Shown in pieces: positions 1-10,155 of a stretch of 64,000 bases of DNA. The DNA lies in contig CABMCB010000071.1 in NCBI GenBank assembly GCA_902384455.1, forward strand, positions 59,774-123,773, written 5' to 3'. Every line of letters begins with the position of its first letter. Position 1 is the stretch's first letter. The notes beneath the pieces were generated by a model, which saw only the letters and a program-made list of their open reading frames with translations, had not been told where the DNA came from and did not search any database. The position numbers and the translations under genes were made by a program. This stretch comes from an uncultured archaeon. Lineage in GTDB: Archaea > Altiarchaeota > Altiarchaeia > IMC4 > SCGC-AAA252-I15.

Positions 1-422
1 GTCAGCCATATGCCGGTTGTGAACCGTTCTATGACGCAGTTTTGCACTATAACGCCGGTTCTCGTCGGCAAATATATCCCATAGCCTGAGCCGCTTCCCC
101 TGAGCGTGTTTCCGCCGCAGTCGAACGTCCTTTCCGAGAAAAAGCGTTGGTCGATGCAGTTTCCGCTGTAGTTTGAGACGGGTACACTGCCGGAATACCA
201 GACTAATGTCGCGCAGTGTGTGCTGTCGCCCAGCGCGCCTGAGCAGTCCAGGCATGCGTTGGTGGCGCTTCCGCCCAAGGAGGTGTCGCCGTTTCCGCAG
301 GCGCACGTGTCGTTTCCGGCCTGAGAATAGGCGGCGGCATATCCTGCGTGCAGGAGGGTGAACGCGAGAATCAGGGACAGAAGAGCTAAAGCGAGAAGCC
401 CCGTTGTTCGCTGCGGTGCCAC
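1..422 (-). CDS. N-terminal part of a secreted protein with parallel beta-helix-like repeats; gene runs off the window start (GTG start at 422)
   Basis: Minus-strand frame translates as V/M-APQRTTGLLALALLSLILAFTLLHAGYAAAYSQAG..., a clean signal peptide. Repeated 'GIYL...NCVIER...GIWL' units follow, typical of right-handed beta-helix proteins. It is absent from the ORF track because no stop codon lies inside the window. The plus-strand ORF 173..361 is an Arg-rich frame artefact. Confidence 0.4.
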   Translation of the reverse strand, partial: MAPQRTTGLLALALLSLILAFTLLHAGYAAAYSQAGNDTCACGNGDTSLGGSATNACLDCSGALGDSTHCATLVWYSGSVPVSNYSGNCIDQRFFSERTFDCGGNTLRGSGSGYGIYLPTRTGVIVQNCVIERFTTGIWL

Positions 423-499
423 ATGAAACCTTACGCGTATCCAGTTAAAACTTGGCAAGAAATTTAAAAAGGGAAAAATAGGCCGGACATGTATCGCCT
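423..499 (-). terminator. T-rich tract downstream of gdhA stop (minus strand), a probable archaeal oligo-T terminator; also the upstream region of the 1..422 gene
   Basis: The minus-strand reading of 455-485 is 'tatttttccctttttaaatt', i.e. T5/T5 runs directly after the gdhA stop. Confidence 0.3.
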
Positions 500-1882
<1,383 letters not shown>

Positions 1883-1885
1883 TTA

Positions 1886-1979
1886 GTTTAAATTTGAAAC
1901 TAATTTGTTCTATTTTTAGAAAATATTTTTAAAGTTTAAAGTATTTAGTTTAAAATTGAAACCAGTTTTGGTTTGAAAC
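1886..1979. promoter_or_regulatory. Three 15-bp GTTT-N6-GAAAC near-palindromes in the gdhA/lrp divergent intergenic region; putative Lrp/AsnC operator sites with an A/T-rich promoter
   Basis: gtttaaatttgaaac (1886-1900), gtttaaaattgaaac (1948-1962) and gttttggtttgaaac (1965-1979). 'tataaaaa' lies at 1873-1880. The last site ends 7 bp before the lrp ATG. Confidence 0.4.
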
Positions 1980-1986
1980 TATTGCG

Positions 1987-2589
1987 ATGACAGTCAAACT
2001 TACCGATAACGAGAAGAAAGTCCTTGAGTTCCTGCTCACGGACGGGCGGACATCCGCGACAGAAATAGGAAAGCACCTTGGAATCACTCCCCAAGCTGCA
2101 GGAAAAATCAAAGACAAACTAGAGGAGAAAGGAATCATCAAAGGATACACTGCAATAGTCGACTACTCAAAAGTCGGAATCTCAGTATTCGCAATAGGCT
2201 TCTTCAAATTCAAGTCCGGCGCATGGACGCGGCTGGAAGACGAAGACATAACCAACCGCATGAGCGGCCCGCATCTTATACGCGTATTCCGCTTCCAAGA
2301 AGGAGAATTCACCCACATGGTAGTCTACGGATTCCGCTCAATAATGGAACTCGACCACTACTTCCACATACTCCAAACCGAAAGAGGACACATCTCAGAA
2401 CTCAAAAAACTTTACGTGCTTTCAGAATCGAGCATACTCAAAGATTCCCCAAACGAACTCCTGGTGAAAGCAATACAAGAACTAGGCAAAGAAACACTAG
2501 CACGGCCGGAGCAGCCGCCTTCTAGCAGGTATTCTGTAAAGGGTACAACTTTAAAGGATGTTCGGGGTCCAAAGTTATCATTGCGATGA
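1987..2589 (+). CDS. Lrp/AsnC-family transcriptional regulator (N-terminal HTH plus C-terminal RAM-like domain), with a C-terminal extension
   Basis: N-terminus 'KLTDNEKKVLEFLLTDGRTSATEIGKHLGITPQAAGKIKDKLEEKGIIKGYTAIVD' is a classic Lrp/AsnC HTH. It sits divergent from gdhA. Confidence 0.75.
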   Translation: MTVKLTDNEKKVLEFLLTDGRTSATEIGKHLGITPQAAGKIKDKLEEKGIIKGYTAIVDYSKVGISVFAIGFFKFKSGAWTRLEDEDITNRMSGPHLIRVFRFQEGEFTHMVVYGFRSIMELDHYFHILQTERGHISELKKLYVLSESSILKDSPNELLVKAIQELGKETLARPEQPPSSRYSVKGTTLKDVRGPKLSLR

Positions 2590-2605
2590 TATGGACTGTG
2601 TTTTT

Positions 2606-3664
2606 ATGACGCGGCGGCTGGTTGTTGGCGTGGTTCTTGTCTGTTTGGTTCTTTGGGGAGTTGTTGTTTCTGAATCTATGTCCCGTGACTTGAGCGTCGA
2701 TGTTGTTCAAGGTTTTCACGTGTCCAATATTTCAAGGGTGGTTTTGGTCTCTTGGGATGGCGTGAGGGTTGCACGGCTTAATGATATGCTAGCGTCGGGT
2801 GAATTGGGGAATTTGTCTGCTATTATAGCTGAAGGGCGGATTACCAACGTCACAATCGCGGATCATTCGGTTACTACGACTGCCCCCGGTCATGCGGCGA
2901 TGTTGTCTGGCTACGGAAGTAGTGCGTCTGGAGTGGTGAATAACACATGCGGGATTTCGCTACCTTTAGGGTACTCTGTTTTTGAGCGGCTTAATGCGTC
3001 TGTTCTTGGGCTGGCGACTGGTTCTGTCTGGGGTAAAAGTACTTGCTATGTGCCTGATAGCCTGTTGTCTAATGCTAGGCAGTCCATCTGGTGGTGGGGG
3101 AACTTTTCTTTGATTGGCGGTAAGTACTCTTCGTCGCGTGCCCGCGCCGGGGGTGTGGCCAACGAGTCGCTTAAGTTTCTTTCGCAATATGGGAACGGGA
3201 GTTTCTTTTTGTTCGTTCATTTTACAGACCCTGATTATGCGGGTCACATTTTCAGCGAGGGTAGTGCAGAGTATCGGGCCGCCCTTGTGGAGGCGGACGG
3301 TGGATTAGGGATTATTACCGAAGAATTGCGAACGTTAGGTGTGTATAATGAGACGGTGATTATTATCACGACTGATCATGGGTTTGAGGAAAATGGCGCA
3401 GGTCATACGTCGGGCGGAGTCAGTAACCCCGACTTGTCTGTATTGTTTGTGGCAAGCAACAAAGGGTGGGCTGTCGCGCGGGAAGGCGACCGTAAGGAAA
3501 CAGATGTTGCGGCGACAGTTTACGATTTATTCAACGTTAATTCTTCGGCTTTCGTTCCTGCTCTGGATGGAACCTCCCTCGCGGTTCTGCCGGGTAATTT
3601 TGCCGTAGGTCTTTCGCCAGGATGGAACTTGCTGTCTATCCCGTTTAGCCTTAATTTTGCCTGA
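2606..3664 (+). CDS. Alkaline-phosphatase-superfamily phosphodiesterase / nucleotide pyrophosphatase-like protein, membrane-anchored and extracellular
   Basis: N-terminal signal anchor MTRRLVVGVVLVCLVLW. Motifs 'ADHSVTTTAPGHAAMLSGY' (Thr nucleophile region) and 'IIITTDHGFEENG' resemble type I phosphodiesterase / AP superfamily. The track ORF starts at 2558; ATG 2606 is more likely. Confidence 0.6.
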   Translation: MTRRLVVGVVLVCLVLWGVVVSESMSRDLSVDVVQGFHVSNISRVVLVSWDGVRVARLNDMLASGELGNLSAIIAEGRITNVTIADHSVTTTAPGHAAMLSGYGSSASGVVNNTCGISLPLGYSVFERLNASVLGLATGSVWGKSTCYVPDSLLSNARQSIWWWGNFSLIGGKYSSSRARAGGVANESLKFLSQYGNGSFFLFVHFTDPDYAGHIFSEGSAEYRAALVEADGGLGIITEELRTLGVYNETVIIITTDHGFEENGAGHTSGGVSNPDLSVLFVASNKGWAVAREGDRKETDVAATVYDLFNVNSSAFVPALDGTSLAVLPGNFAVGLSPGWNLLSIPFSLNFA

Positions 3665-5051
3665 TAGTGTGTCTTCCTTGTTTTATGGCGTTGGCGCACG
3701 CTTCCTCCAGCGCCTCCGCAAGAGTTGGGTGAGCGTGTATCGTTCCAGCAACGTCGGCGAGTGTGGCGTTGAGTTTTATCGCTAGTGCCGCTTCGGCAAT
3801 GAGGTCTGTCGCCTGAGCGCCAATCATGTGGACGGCAATTATCCTCTTTGTTTTGGCGTCAGCAATTACCTTAACGAAACCTTCGCGTTCGGCCATGGCG
3901 TGGGCTTTGCCGAGTATGGCGTATTCCGAGCGTCCGACGGTTATATCCCCTTTTTTGTGCGCCTCGTCTTCAGTAGGTCCTACTGTGCCTATTTCGGGTA
4001 GGGTGAATATTGCTGATGGTAGTGGTGATGTTGTATGTTGGGTTTTTTTGAGTATGTGTGCTGCGGCTGTGTCCGCTTGGTGGTATGCTGCGTGTGCGTA
4101 TTGCGGTCCGCCTGTGACGTCTCCGACTGCGTATATCCCTTTTATGTTTGTCTGCTGGTTTTCGTCGGTTGGAATGCCTTTTTTTGGGTCGTATTTGACG
4201 CCGATTTTTTTGAGCGGCTCTTCGTTGATTGTGGGGCGTCGTCCTACTGCGACCAGCACTGCGTCTGCTTGTAGAGTTTCTTTTCCGGCGGGCGTTTCGA
4301 TTGTTATCGTCCGGGATTTTGTGTTTATTGATTCTGCTTTGGTTGATGTGAGGATTCTTATTCCGTCTCTGGTCATCTGTCTGGTTGCTTCCTTTGAGAT
4401 GTCTGGGTCGAGGGTGGGCAGTATTGTTGGGAGTGATTCTATGATTGTTGTGTTTGTTCCGAGTGAGTTTAGTATGCTTGCGAATTCGCAGCCGATGACT
4501 CCTCCGCCTATTATGGCGAGTTTTTGCGGTTGGGTTTCGTTTGCAAGTAAGCTTCGGCTGTCGTGTATGAATGTGCCGTCTGGTGCGAATCCGGGAGGAA
4601 ATATGGAGTGGGCTCCCCACGCGATTATGATGTTTTTTGCTGTTATTTCGGCGGGCTTTTCTCCTTCAACTCGGACTTGTGTCGGAGATACTGGAACGCC
4701 TTTTCCGCGTATTATGTCGACGCCGTATGTTCTGAGCAGGTTTTCAGTGCCCGTTGCAAGTGTGGCGACGACCTGATTCTTCCTTTTGATGAGCGCCCTG
4801 TAGTCGACCGTTGCTTCAGCGGTTATTCCGAAGCGACGGGATTTCTTGTCCAAGTCTTTCTTGATGTGCGCCGCTGCCTGAAGGGTCTTGGTCGGTATGC
4901 ATCCGTGGTTGGTGCATTCGCCACCTACACCTTCCGCTTCGACTACTGCAGCGCTTCCTCCGTTTTGAGCTACTCGGAGTGCGGTCATGTATCCGCCCGG
5001 TCCGCCTCCAAGCGATATGGCGTCGTATGTCTTCATCTTTTGTTGTTCCAT
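3651..5051 (-). CDS. lpdA: Dihydrolipoamide dehydrogenase (E3 / L-protein)
   Basis: FAD motif 'GGGPGGY' and redox-active disulfide 'GGECTNHGCIPTK'. C-terminal His-Pro 'HAHPTLAEA' dimer interface. 466 aa. Confidence 0.9.
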   Translation of the reverse strand: MEQQKMKTYDAISLGGGPGGYMTALRVAQNGGSAAVVEAEGVGGECTNHGCIPTKTLQAAAHIKKDLDKKSRRFGITAEATVDYRALIKRKNQVVATLATGTENLLRTYGVDIIRGKGVPVSPTQVRVEGEKPAEITAKNIIIAWGAHSIFPPGFAPDGTFIHDSRSLLANETQPQKLAIIGGGVIGCEFASILNSLGTNTTIIESLPTILPTLDPDISKEATRQMTRDGIRILTSTKAESINTKSRTITIETPAGKETLQADAVLVAVGRRPTINEEPLKKIGVKYDPKKGIPTDENQQTNIKGIYAVGDVTGGPQYAHAAYHQADTAAAHILKKTQHTTSPLPSAIFTLPEIGTVGPTEDEAHKKGDITVGRSEYAILGKAHAMAEREGFVKVIADAKTKRIIAVHMIGAQATDLIAEAALAIKLNATLADVAGTIHAHPTLAEALEEACANAIKQGRHTIRQN

Positions 5052-5794
5052 GCGTCTGAACTGTATTTTGCTTGCAGTTCTGCAGTCTCTTCTTTTTCCT
5101 GCTGCGTTAGTGATCCTTCCGTTAATGTGATGTGTAGTGCTTCTTCGAATCCTTTTTTGAGGGCTTTTTGCGTTTCGTCGAATTTGACGTCGCGCTTGAG
5201 GATTTCGCTTGCGCTTGTGACTCTTTGTTTGACGTCTTGTATCACCCTTCCTTTTTGCTTTTCGTTGGGCACTAGCAGTACTTTGAACATCTCGTCTACG
5301 TCAACATTCAGGAGTACTGTGCCGTGTTGAAGCAGCACGTTTTTTCTGCGGGTCTGGGCGTTTCCGCTGATCTTCTTCCCGTTTGTGATGATGTCGTTTA
5401 ATGGCGCAAACTCCGAATTAATGCCCAAGTGCGTAAGTCCTTTCGTAAGCCCCTGGCATATCAGACGGTAGCTTTCCAGAATGTTTTTTGGTGTTATGGG
5501 GTGCGCTTCAGGTACGTGTACGCTGTACGTCACCTCCTCCTTGTGGTAGACTGCTCCTCCGCCAGTCATCCTTCTTACGACGTCAACACCCAGTTGCCTG
5601 CACAGGCGGACATCCACTTCTGCCGCTAGGCTCTGGAAGTACCCTACCGTGACGCAAGGCGGATTCCAGCCGTAAAGGCGAAGTGTAGGCGGGCTTTTTC
5701 CCTCGCTCACCGAGTTCAGCACCGCCTCGTCAAGGGCCATGTTGTATGGGCCCCACTGGAAGCCTGTAAGAAGCAGCCTCCACTTCTCTTTCAT
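5033..5794 (-). CDS. lplA: Lipoate-protein ligase A, catalytic N-terminal domain (LplA-N type)
   Basis: BPL/LplA/LipB catalytic domain with 'GKKISGNAQ' lysine motif. About 250 aa with no C-terminal accessory domain, which is a separate downstream gene. Confidence 0.8.
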   Translation of the reverse strand: MKEKWRLLLTGFQWGPYNMALDEAVLNSVSEGKSPPTLRLYGWNPPCVTVGYFQSLAAEVDVRLCRQLGVDVVRRMTGGGAVYHKEEVTYSVHVPEAHPITPKNILESYRLICQGLTKGLTHLGINSEFAPLNDIITNGKKISGNAQTRRKNVLLQHGTVLLNVDVDEMFKVLLVPNEKQKGRVIQDVKQRVTSASEILKRDVKFDETQKALKKGFEEALHITLTEGSLTQQEKEETAELQAKYSSDAWNNKR

Positions 5795-6066
5795 TCGGCG
5801 GCCTCCGCTGCTGAGGCGATTAGTTCTTCGGGGGTTATGCCGTAGAATTCGACCGGGTGTTTTTTAAGCAGTTCGCGTATTTTTGTGGCGACGTCTTTGG
5901 TGGGGCATCCTATGAGTTCGGCTTCTAGTTGTTCGACGGCTTCTTCCGGGTGGGCGAAGTAGTCGCCGGTGAATTTTATTGAGATTATTTTTCCTCCGTC
6001 TGTGCGGGCTATAGTCCTAAGTAGTTTGCCTCCGGGAGATTTGCGAAGTACTGCGTTTTCTTTCAT
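5791..6066 (-). CDS. lplB: Lipoate-protein ligase C-terminal accessory domain protein (LplB-like)
   Basis: 91-aa protein overlapping lplA by 4 nt (ATGA). Its size and position match the split LplA-N/LplB arrangement described in Thermoplasma. Confidence 0.6.
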   Translation of the reverse strand: MKENAVLRKSPGGKLLRTIARTDGGKIISIKFTGDYFAHPEEAVEQLEAELIGCPTKDVATKIRELLKKHPVEFYGITPEELIASAAEAAE

Positions 6067-6108
6067 GGGGTGCCGGTTCTTTACCCCATTTTGTCGTCTC
6101 CGCTTAAA

Positions 6109-6978
6109 TCAGAGTTTTCTCGCCGACAGGTAAGATTCGCGGGCACGGTAGCTTGTGCGGGCCAGCGGGTGAGCTACTACAATGGGGAATCCCATGTCGC
6201 ACGCTTTTTTTCTGAGGGCTTCGAATTTTTCCGGGTGGACGTACTCCTTAACCGGAAGGTTGCTGGGTGTGGGCTGCATGTACTGCGTCAAAACTAGTAT
6301 GTCGCATCCGGCAGCCCGTAAGTCGCGTAGGGCCGCTGTTATTTCCTCGTCTGTTTCTCCTACGCCGAGCATTAGGCTGCTTTTGGTGAGGGTGTTTGGG
6401 GAATTTTTTTTGGCGTTCTCTAGTGTTTCTAGGCTTTTGGTGTAGCAGAAGCGGGGGTCGCGCACCAGAGGCGTCAGACGCTGGATGACTTCTATGTTGT
6501 GGGCGAGGACGTCTACTTTGGCGTCAAGCATTTTTTTGATGCCGTTCTCGTCGAAGTCGGGAATCAATGCTTCTACGGGGACGTTCGGGAGTTTCTTTTT
6601 CACTGCTGCGACGCATGCGGCAAAGTGTTCTGCTCCGCCGTCCGGCAGGTCGTCGCGGGTGACGCTTGTGAGAACTACATATGAGAGGCCGAGTTTTTTT
6701 GCGGCTTCAGCTATTCTTTCCGGTTCTTTTGTGTCGAGGGGGTTTCCTTTTAGTGATGTTTTGACTGCGCAGAATCTGCAGCCTCGAGTGCACACGTCTC
6801 CCAACACCATAAAGGTAGCGGTCCCTGCATTCCAGCATTCGCCTCTGTTGGGGCATTTGGCTTCCAGGCAGACTGTGGTAAGTTGAAGGTGGTTTAGGAT
6901 GTTGGAGACGGCCGCGTATTTTTCTCCTCCGGGTAGTGGGGCTTTAAGCCAGGCGGGTTTTCTTTCTGGGGGATTCAT
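6109..6978 (-). CDS. lipA: Lipoyl synthase (radical SAM)
   Basis: N-terminal cluster motif 'CLEAKCPNRGECW' and radical-SAM 'CTRGCRFC'. 289 aa. Confidence 0.9.
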   Translation of the reverse strand: MNPPERKPAWLKAPLPGGEKYAAVSNILNHLQLTTVCLEAKCPNRGECWNAGTATFMVLGDVCTRGCRFCAVKTSLKGNPLDTKEPERIAEAAKKLGLSYVVLTSVTRDDLPDGGAEHFAACVAAVKKKLPNVPVEALIPDFDENGIKKMLDAKVDVLAHNIEVIQRLTPLVRDPRFCYTKSLETLENAKKNSPNTLTKSSLMLGVGETDEEITAALRDLRAAGCDILVLTQYMQPTPSNLPVKEYVHPEKFEALRKKACDMGFPIVVAHPLARTSYRARESYLSARKL

Positions 6979-6983
6979 TTGGT

Positions 6984-8432
6984 TTATCCGCCGTTTTTCT
7001 TTGGGGTCCAGCGTAGTACGGGGTTTCTTGCGGCTTGTGTTTCGTTTAGTCGTCTTACTGGCGTGTTGTGTGGGGCTGTTTTGATTTTTTCGGGGTTTGT
7101 TTTGGCTTCCTGCCTGATTTTTAGGAGGAGTTCTGCGTATGCGTCGAGGGTGTCTTTGTTTTCTGTTTCAGTTGGCTCTATCATCAAAGCTTCTGGGACT
7201 ATGAGGGGGAAGTATATTGTGGGCGCATGTACGCCGTAGTCGAGGAGGCTTTTGGCCACGTCCAGCGTGTGCACTCCGGTTTCGTCTGCGAGTGGTTTGC
7301 CTGTAAGTACGACTTCGTGCATGCATGTGCGGTCTATTGCGGGGGGGTAATCCTTTAGTTTGACGCGCATGTAGTTGGCGGACAACACCGCCTGCTCAGA
7401 CATCCTCTTTAGTCCCCGTCCGCCGAGGCTTCTCATGTAGGCGTAGGCGCGAACCATCACGCCGAAGTTTCCGAAGTAGCTTCTGACGCGGCCTATGCTT
7501 TTTTCGCGGTTGTAGTCAAGCCGTATTCTGCCTCCTTTTTTCACAAGTATTGGCGCGGGCAGGTACGGTTCAAGGTCTTTGGTGACGCCTACCGGTCCTG
7601 AGCCGGGTCCTCCTGAGCCGTGGGGTGTTGCGAATGTTTTGTGTAAGTTTATGTGCAGGACGTCGAAACCCAAGTCGGCTGGGCGCGTTATCCCCACTAT
7701 GGCGTTAAGGTTGGCTCCGTCTCCGTAGACGTATCCGCCCGCGTCGTGGATAATTTTAGTGACCTGAAGTATGTTCTCCTCAAACAGCCCCAGCGTAGAA
7801 GGGTTGGTGAGCATCAAAGCGGCCGTGCGGTCGTCGGCTTCCGCGGCAAGAAGGTCCAATGAAATGTTTCCTCTGCCGTCGCTTGGAATCTCGACTATCT
7901 CAAACCCTAAGGCTGCGGCTGAAGCCGGGTTTGTTCCGTGGGCACTGTCTGGGATTAGTATTCTGTTTCGGCGCGTCTCATTTTTGTCTTTGAGTGCGGC
8001 TTTGATTATGAGCAGTCCCGTGAGTTCTCCGTGCGCTCCTGCGGCCGGTTGCAGTGTGAATGCGGGGAATCCTGTTATTTCGGAGAGCATTGTTGAGAGC
8101 GTGTACATTAGGCGCATGGCTCCTTGGGTTTCATCTTCCTCCTGTAGGGGGTGCAGGCGGAGGAATCCTTCTTGGTTTGCCGCGTCTTCGTTTATTTTGG
8201 GGTTGTACTTCATTGTGCAGCTTCCAAGAGGGTAGAATCCTTTGTCTACGTTATAGTTTCGGGAAGCAAGCTCTGTGAAATGGCGCACCACGTCAACTTC
8301 GCCAAGTTCGGGAAGATGAAGCGACTTCCTTAAAGCCTCCTTAGGCAGGGCAATCGGTTCACCTGCCGTGCCGCGCGGAGGTATGACTCCTCGTCTGCCG
8401 TTCCTGCTTTTTTCAAATATGAGATTTGTCAT
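6984..8432 (-). CDS. gcvPB: Glycine dehydrogenase (decarboxylating) subunit 2
   Basis: 482 aa, PLP-fold with 'INLHKTFATPHGSGGPG' (PLP-lysine region). It overlaps gcvPA by 4 nt. Confidence 0.9.
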   Translation of the reverse strand: MTNLIFEKSRNGRRGVIPPRGTAGEPIALPKEALRKSLHLPELGEVDVVRHFTELASRNYNVDKGFYPLGSCTMKYNPKINEDAANQEGFLRLHPLQEEDETQGAMRLMYTLSTMLSEITGFPAFTLQPAAGAHGELTGLLIIKAALKDKNETRRNRILIPDSAHGTNPASAAALGFEIVEIPSDGRGNISLDLLAAEADDRTAALMLTNPSTLGLFEENILQVTKIIHDAGGYVYGDGANLNAIVGITRPADLGFDVLHINLHKTFATPHGSGGPGSGPVGVTKDLEPYLPAPILVKKGGRIRLDYNREKSIGRVRSYFGNFGVMVRAYAYMRSLGGRGLKRMSEQAVLSANYMRVKLKDYPPAIDRTCMHEVVLTGKPLADETGVHTLDVAKSLLDYGVHAPTIYFPLIVPEALMIEPTETENKDTLDAYAELLLKIRQEAKTNPEKIKTAPHNTPVRRLNETQAARNPVLRWTPKKNGG

Positions 8433-9754
8433 TTTGCCGCCTCCGTTGCCGCTTCTATGTAGGAGTCCAAGTCTCCTTTAGTGTGGAGCTCAGTCGTTGC
8501 AACAAGCAGTCCTCGCGGGTACTCCTTTTGGGCTATGGGCAGCCCCGGCTGGAATCCTGCTTCAGTCAGGCGTTCCAGTGCGCCCTTAGGCGGAGTAAGA
8601 ATGAATTCATTGTAGAACGGGCGGTTGAAAGGCGCCTCCCAACCAGCCTTCTCAATGAGGTTGCGGCGTAAGTAAACAGCGTTCCTGTGGCTTGACTCCG
8701 CCACATGCCTGAAACCTTTAGTCCCCAAAAGAGCAAGGTGCGCGACAGCCTGGATGGCCATGAGGCTCTGGCTTGTGCAGATGTTGCTTAATGCTTTCTC
8801 CCTTCTTATGTGCTGTTCTCTCGCCTGCAGCGTTAGCACGTATGCTCGTTTTCCGTCCGCATCCACCGTCTCCCCCACGAGCCTTCCGGGCATCTGCCGG
8901 ACAAAGCTCATCTTCGTGGTGAGGAATCCGAAGTGCGGACCGCCGAAATTCAAAGGTAAGCCTAAAGTCTGTCCTTCCCCCGCGACTATGTCCGCTTCTG
9001 TCGGCGGCGCAAGAAGTCCCATGCTTGTGGCCTCAAGCACGCTGACGATAAGCAGCGCGCCTTTTTCGTGCGCTATTTTGGATATTTGCTGGACGTCTTC
9101 CGTGTGGCCTAGGAAGTTGGGGTGCTGGATTACTATTGCGCCTGTTTGGGGCGTGATTGCGTTTGCTATTGTTTGCGGGTTTGTGGCTCCGTCTTTTAGG
9201 GGTATTTCCGTGACCGGGTGGTTTGTGTTTGCGCCGTATGTGGAAAGGACTCCTCTGACGTGGGGGTGGACTCCCTGTGAGACGAGTATCTGCGGTCTTT
9301 GTGCGATGCGGGTGGCCATGAGGGCTGCTTCTGTTGTGGCTGTGGAGCCGTCGTACAGTGTGGCGTTGCTTACTTCCTGGCCTGTTAGTTCGCACATCAG
9401 CGTCTGGTATTCGAATAGGGCTTGGAGTGTTCCTTGGCTGACTTCCGCTTGGTAGGGTGTGTAGGCGGTTAGGAATGCGGGTTGTTGGGCTAGTTTGGGT
9501 GCGGCGGACGGGATGAAGTGGCGGTAAAGTCCTGCTCCCAGAAAGCAGCGGCCGTCTGCGGGTATTGTGCCGTCTTCCGCGAGAGTTTTTATGTGTGCTA
9601 TTAGTTCGTATTCGGTTAGTGCTGGTGGGAGTTTGATGTCTTTTGTGAGTCGGGCTGATTCGGGTATGTCTTTGAATAGTTCCAGAGTTGAGTGGATGCC
9701 CACTGCCTTTAGCATCGCCGCCTTTTCTTCTATGCTTACTGGAACGTATGTCAT
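8429..9754 (-). CDS. gcvPA: Glycine dehydrogenase (decarboxylating) subunit 1
   Basis: 441 aa, homologous to the P-protein N-terminal half. It sits between gcvH and gcvPB. Confidence 0.9.
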   Translation of the reverse strand: MTYVPVSIEEKAAMLKAVGIHSTLELFKDIPESARLTKDIKLPPALTEYELIAHIKTLAEDGTIPADGRCFLGAGLYRHFIPSAAPKLAQQPAFLTAYTPYQAEVSQGTLQALFEYQTLMCELTGQEVSNATLYDGSTATTEAALMATRIAQRPQILVSQGVHPHVRGVLSTYGANTNHPVTEIPLKDGATNPQTIANAITPQTGAIVIQHPNFLGHTEDVQQISKIAHEKGALLIVSVLEATSMGLLAPPTEADIVAGEGQTLGLPLNFGGPHFGFLTTKMSFVRQMPGRLVGETVDADGKRAYVLTLQAREQHIRREKALSNICTSQSLMAIQAVAHLALLGTKGFRHVAESSHRNAVYLRRNLIEKAGWEAPFNRPFYNEFILTPPKGALERLTEAGFQPGLPIAQKEYPRGLLVATTELHTKGDLDSYIEAATEAAK

Positions 9755-9761
9755 TGCTGTT

Positions 9762-10151
9762 TCAGTGTTTTCCTGAGGCGGTGTGTTTTTGGTAGTCTGC
9801 GGCGTTCATCAGCCGGTTCAGTTCGTTTTTGTCTGAGGGCTTTATCTTAAGTATCCACCCTTTTCCGTAGGGGTCTTTGTTGATTAATTCCGGGGTGTCA
9901 ATTAAGTCCTCGTTTATTTCGGCGACTTCCCCTGAGGCGGGGGCGTATATGTCGCTCACTGATTTCACCGACTCAACGACAGCCGCGGCCTTTCCTTGCA
10001 TTGTTTTTGCGCCTATTTTTGGCAGTTCTACGAATACGACGTCGCCTAGGGCGTTTTGCGCAAAATCAGTGATTCCGACTGTTACGAGGTCTTTTTCCTC
10101 TTTCGCCCACTCATGGTCCTTGCTGTATTTTAGGGTTTCCGGTGTTTTCAT
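9762..10151 (-). CDS. gcvH: Glycine cleavage system H protein (lipoyl carrier)
   Basis: 129 aa with lipoyl-lysine motif 'VVESVKSVSDIYAPASGEV'. Confidence 0.9.
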   Translation of the reverse strand: MKTPETLKYSKDHEWAKEEKDLVTVGITDFAQNALGDVVFVELPKIGAKTMQGKAAAVVESVKSVSDIYAPASGEVAEINEDLIDTPELINKDPYGKGWILKIKPSDKNELNRLMNAADYQKHTASGKH

Positions 10152-10155
10152 TTCC

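Noticed and set aside
3826-4776. 316-aa plus-strand ORF, and the 216-aa Arg/His-rich minus ORF at 3970..4620, overlapping lpdA
   Set aside because: They lie antisense or out of frame to a strongly supported lpdA (FAD motif, redox disulfide). Their composition is low-complexity (Ser/Val/Cys- or Arg-rich), typical of shadow ORFs in GC-rich coding DNA.
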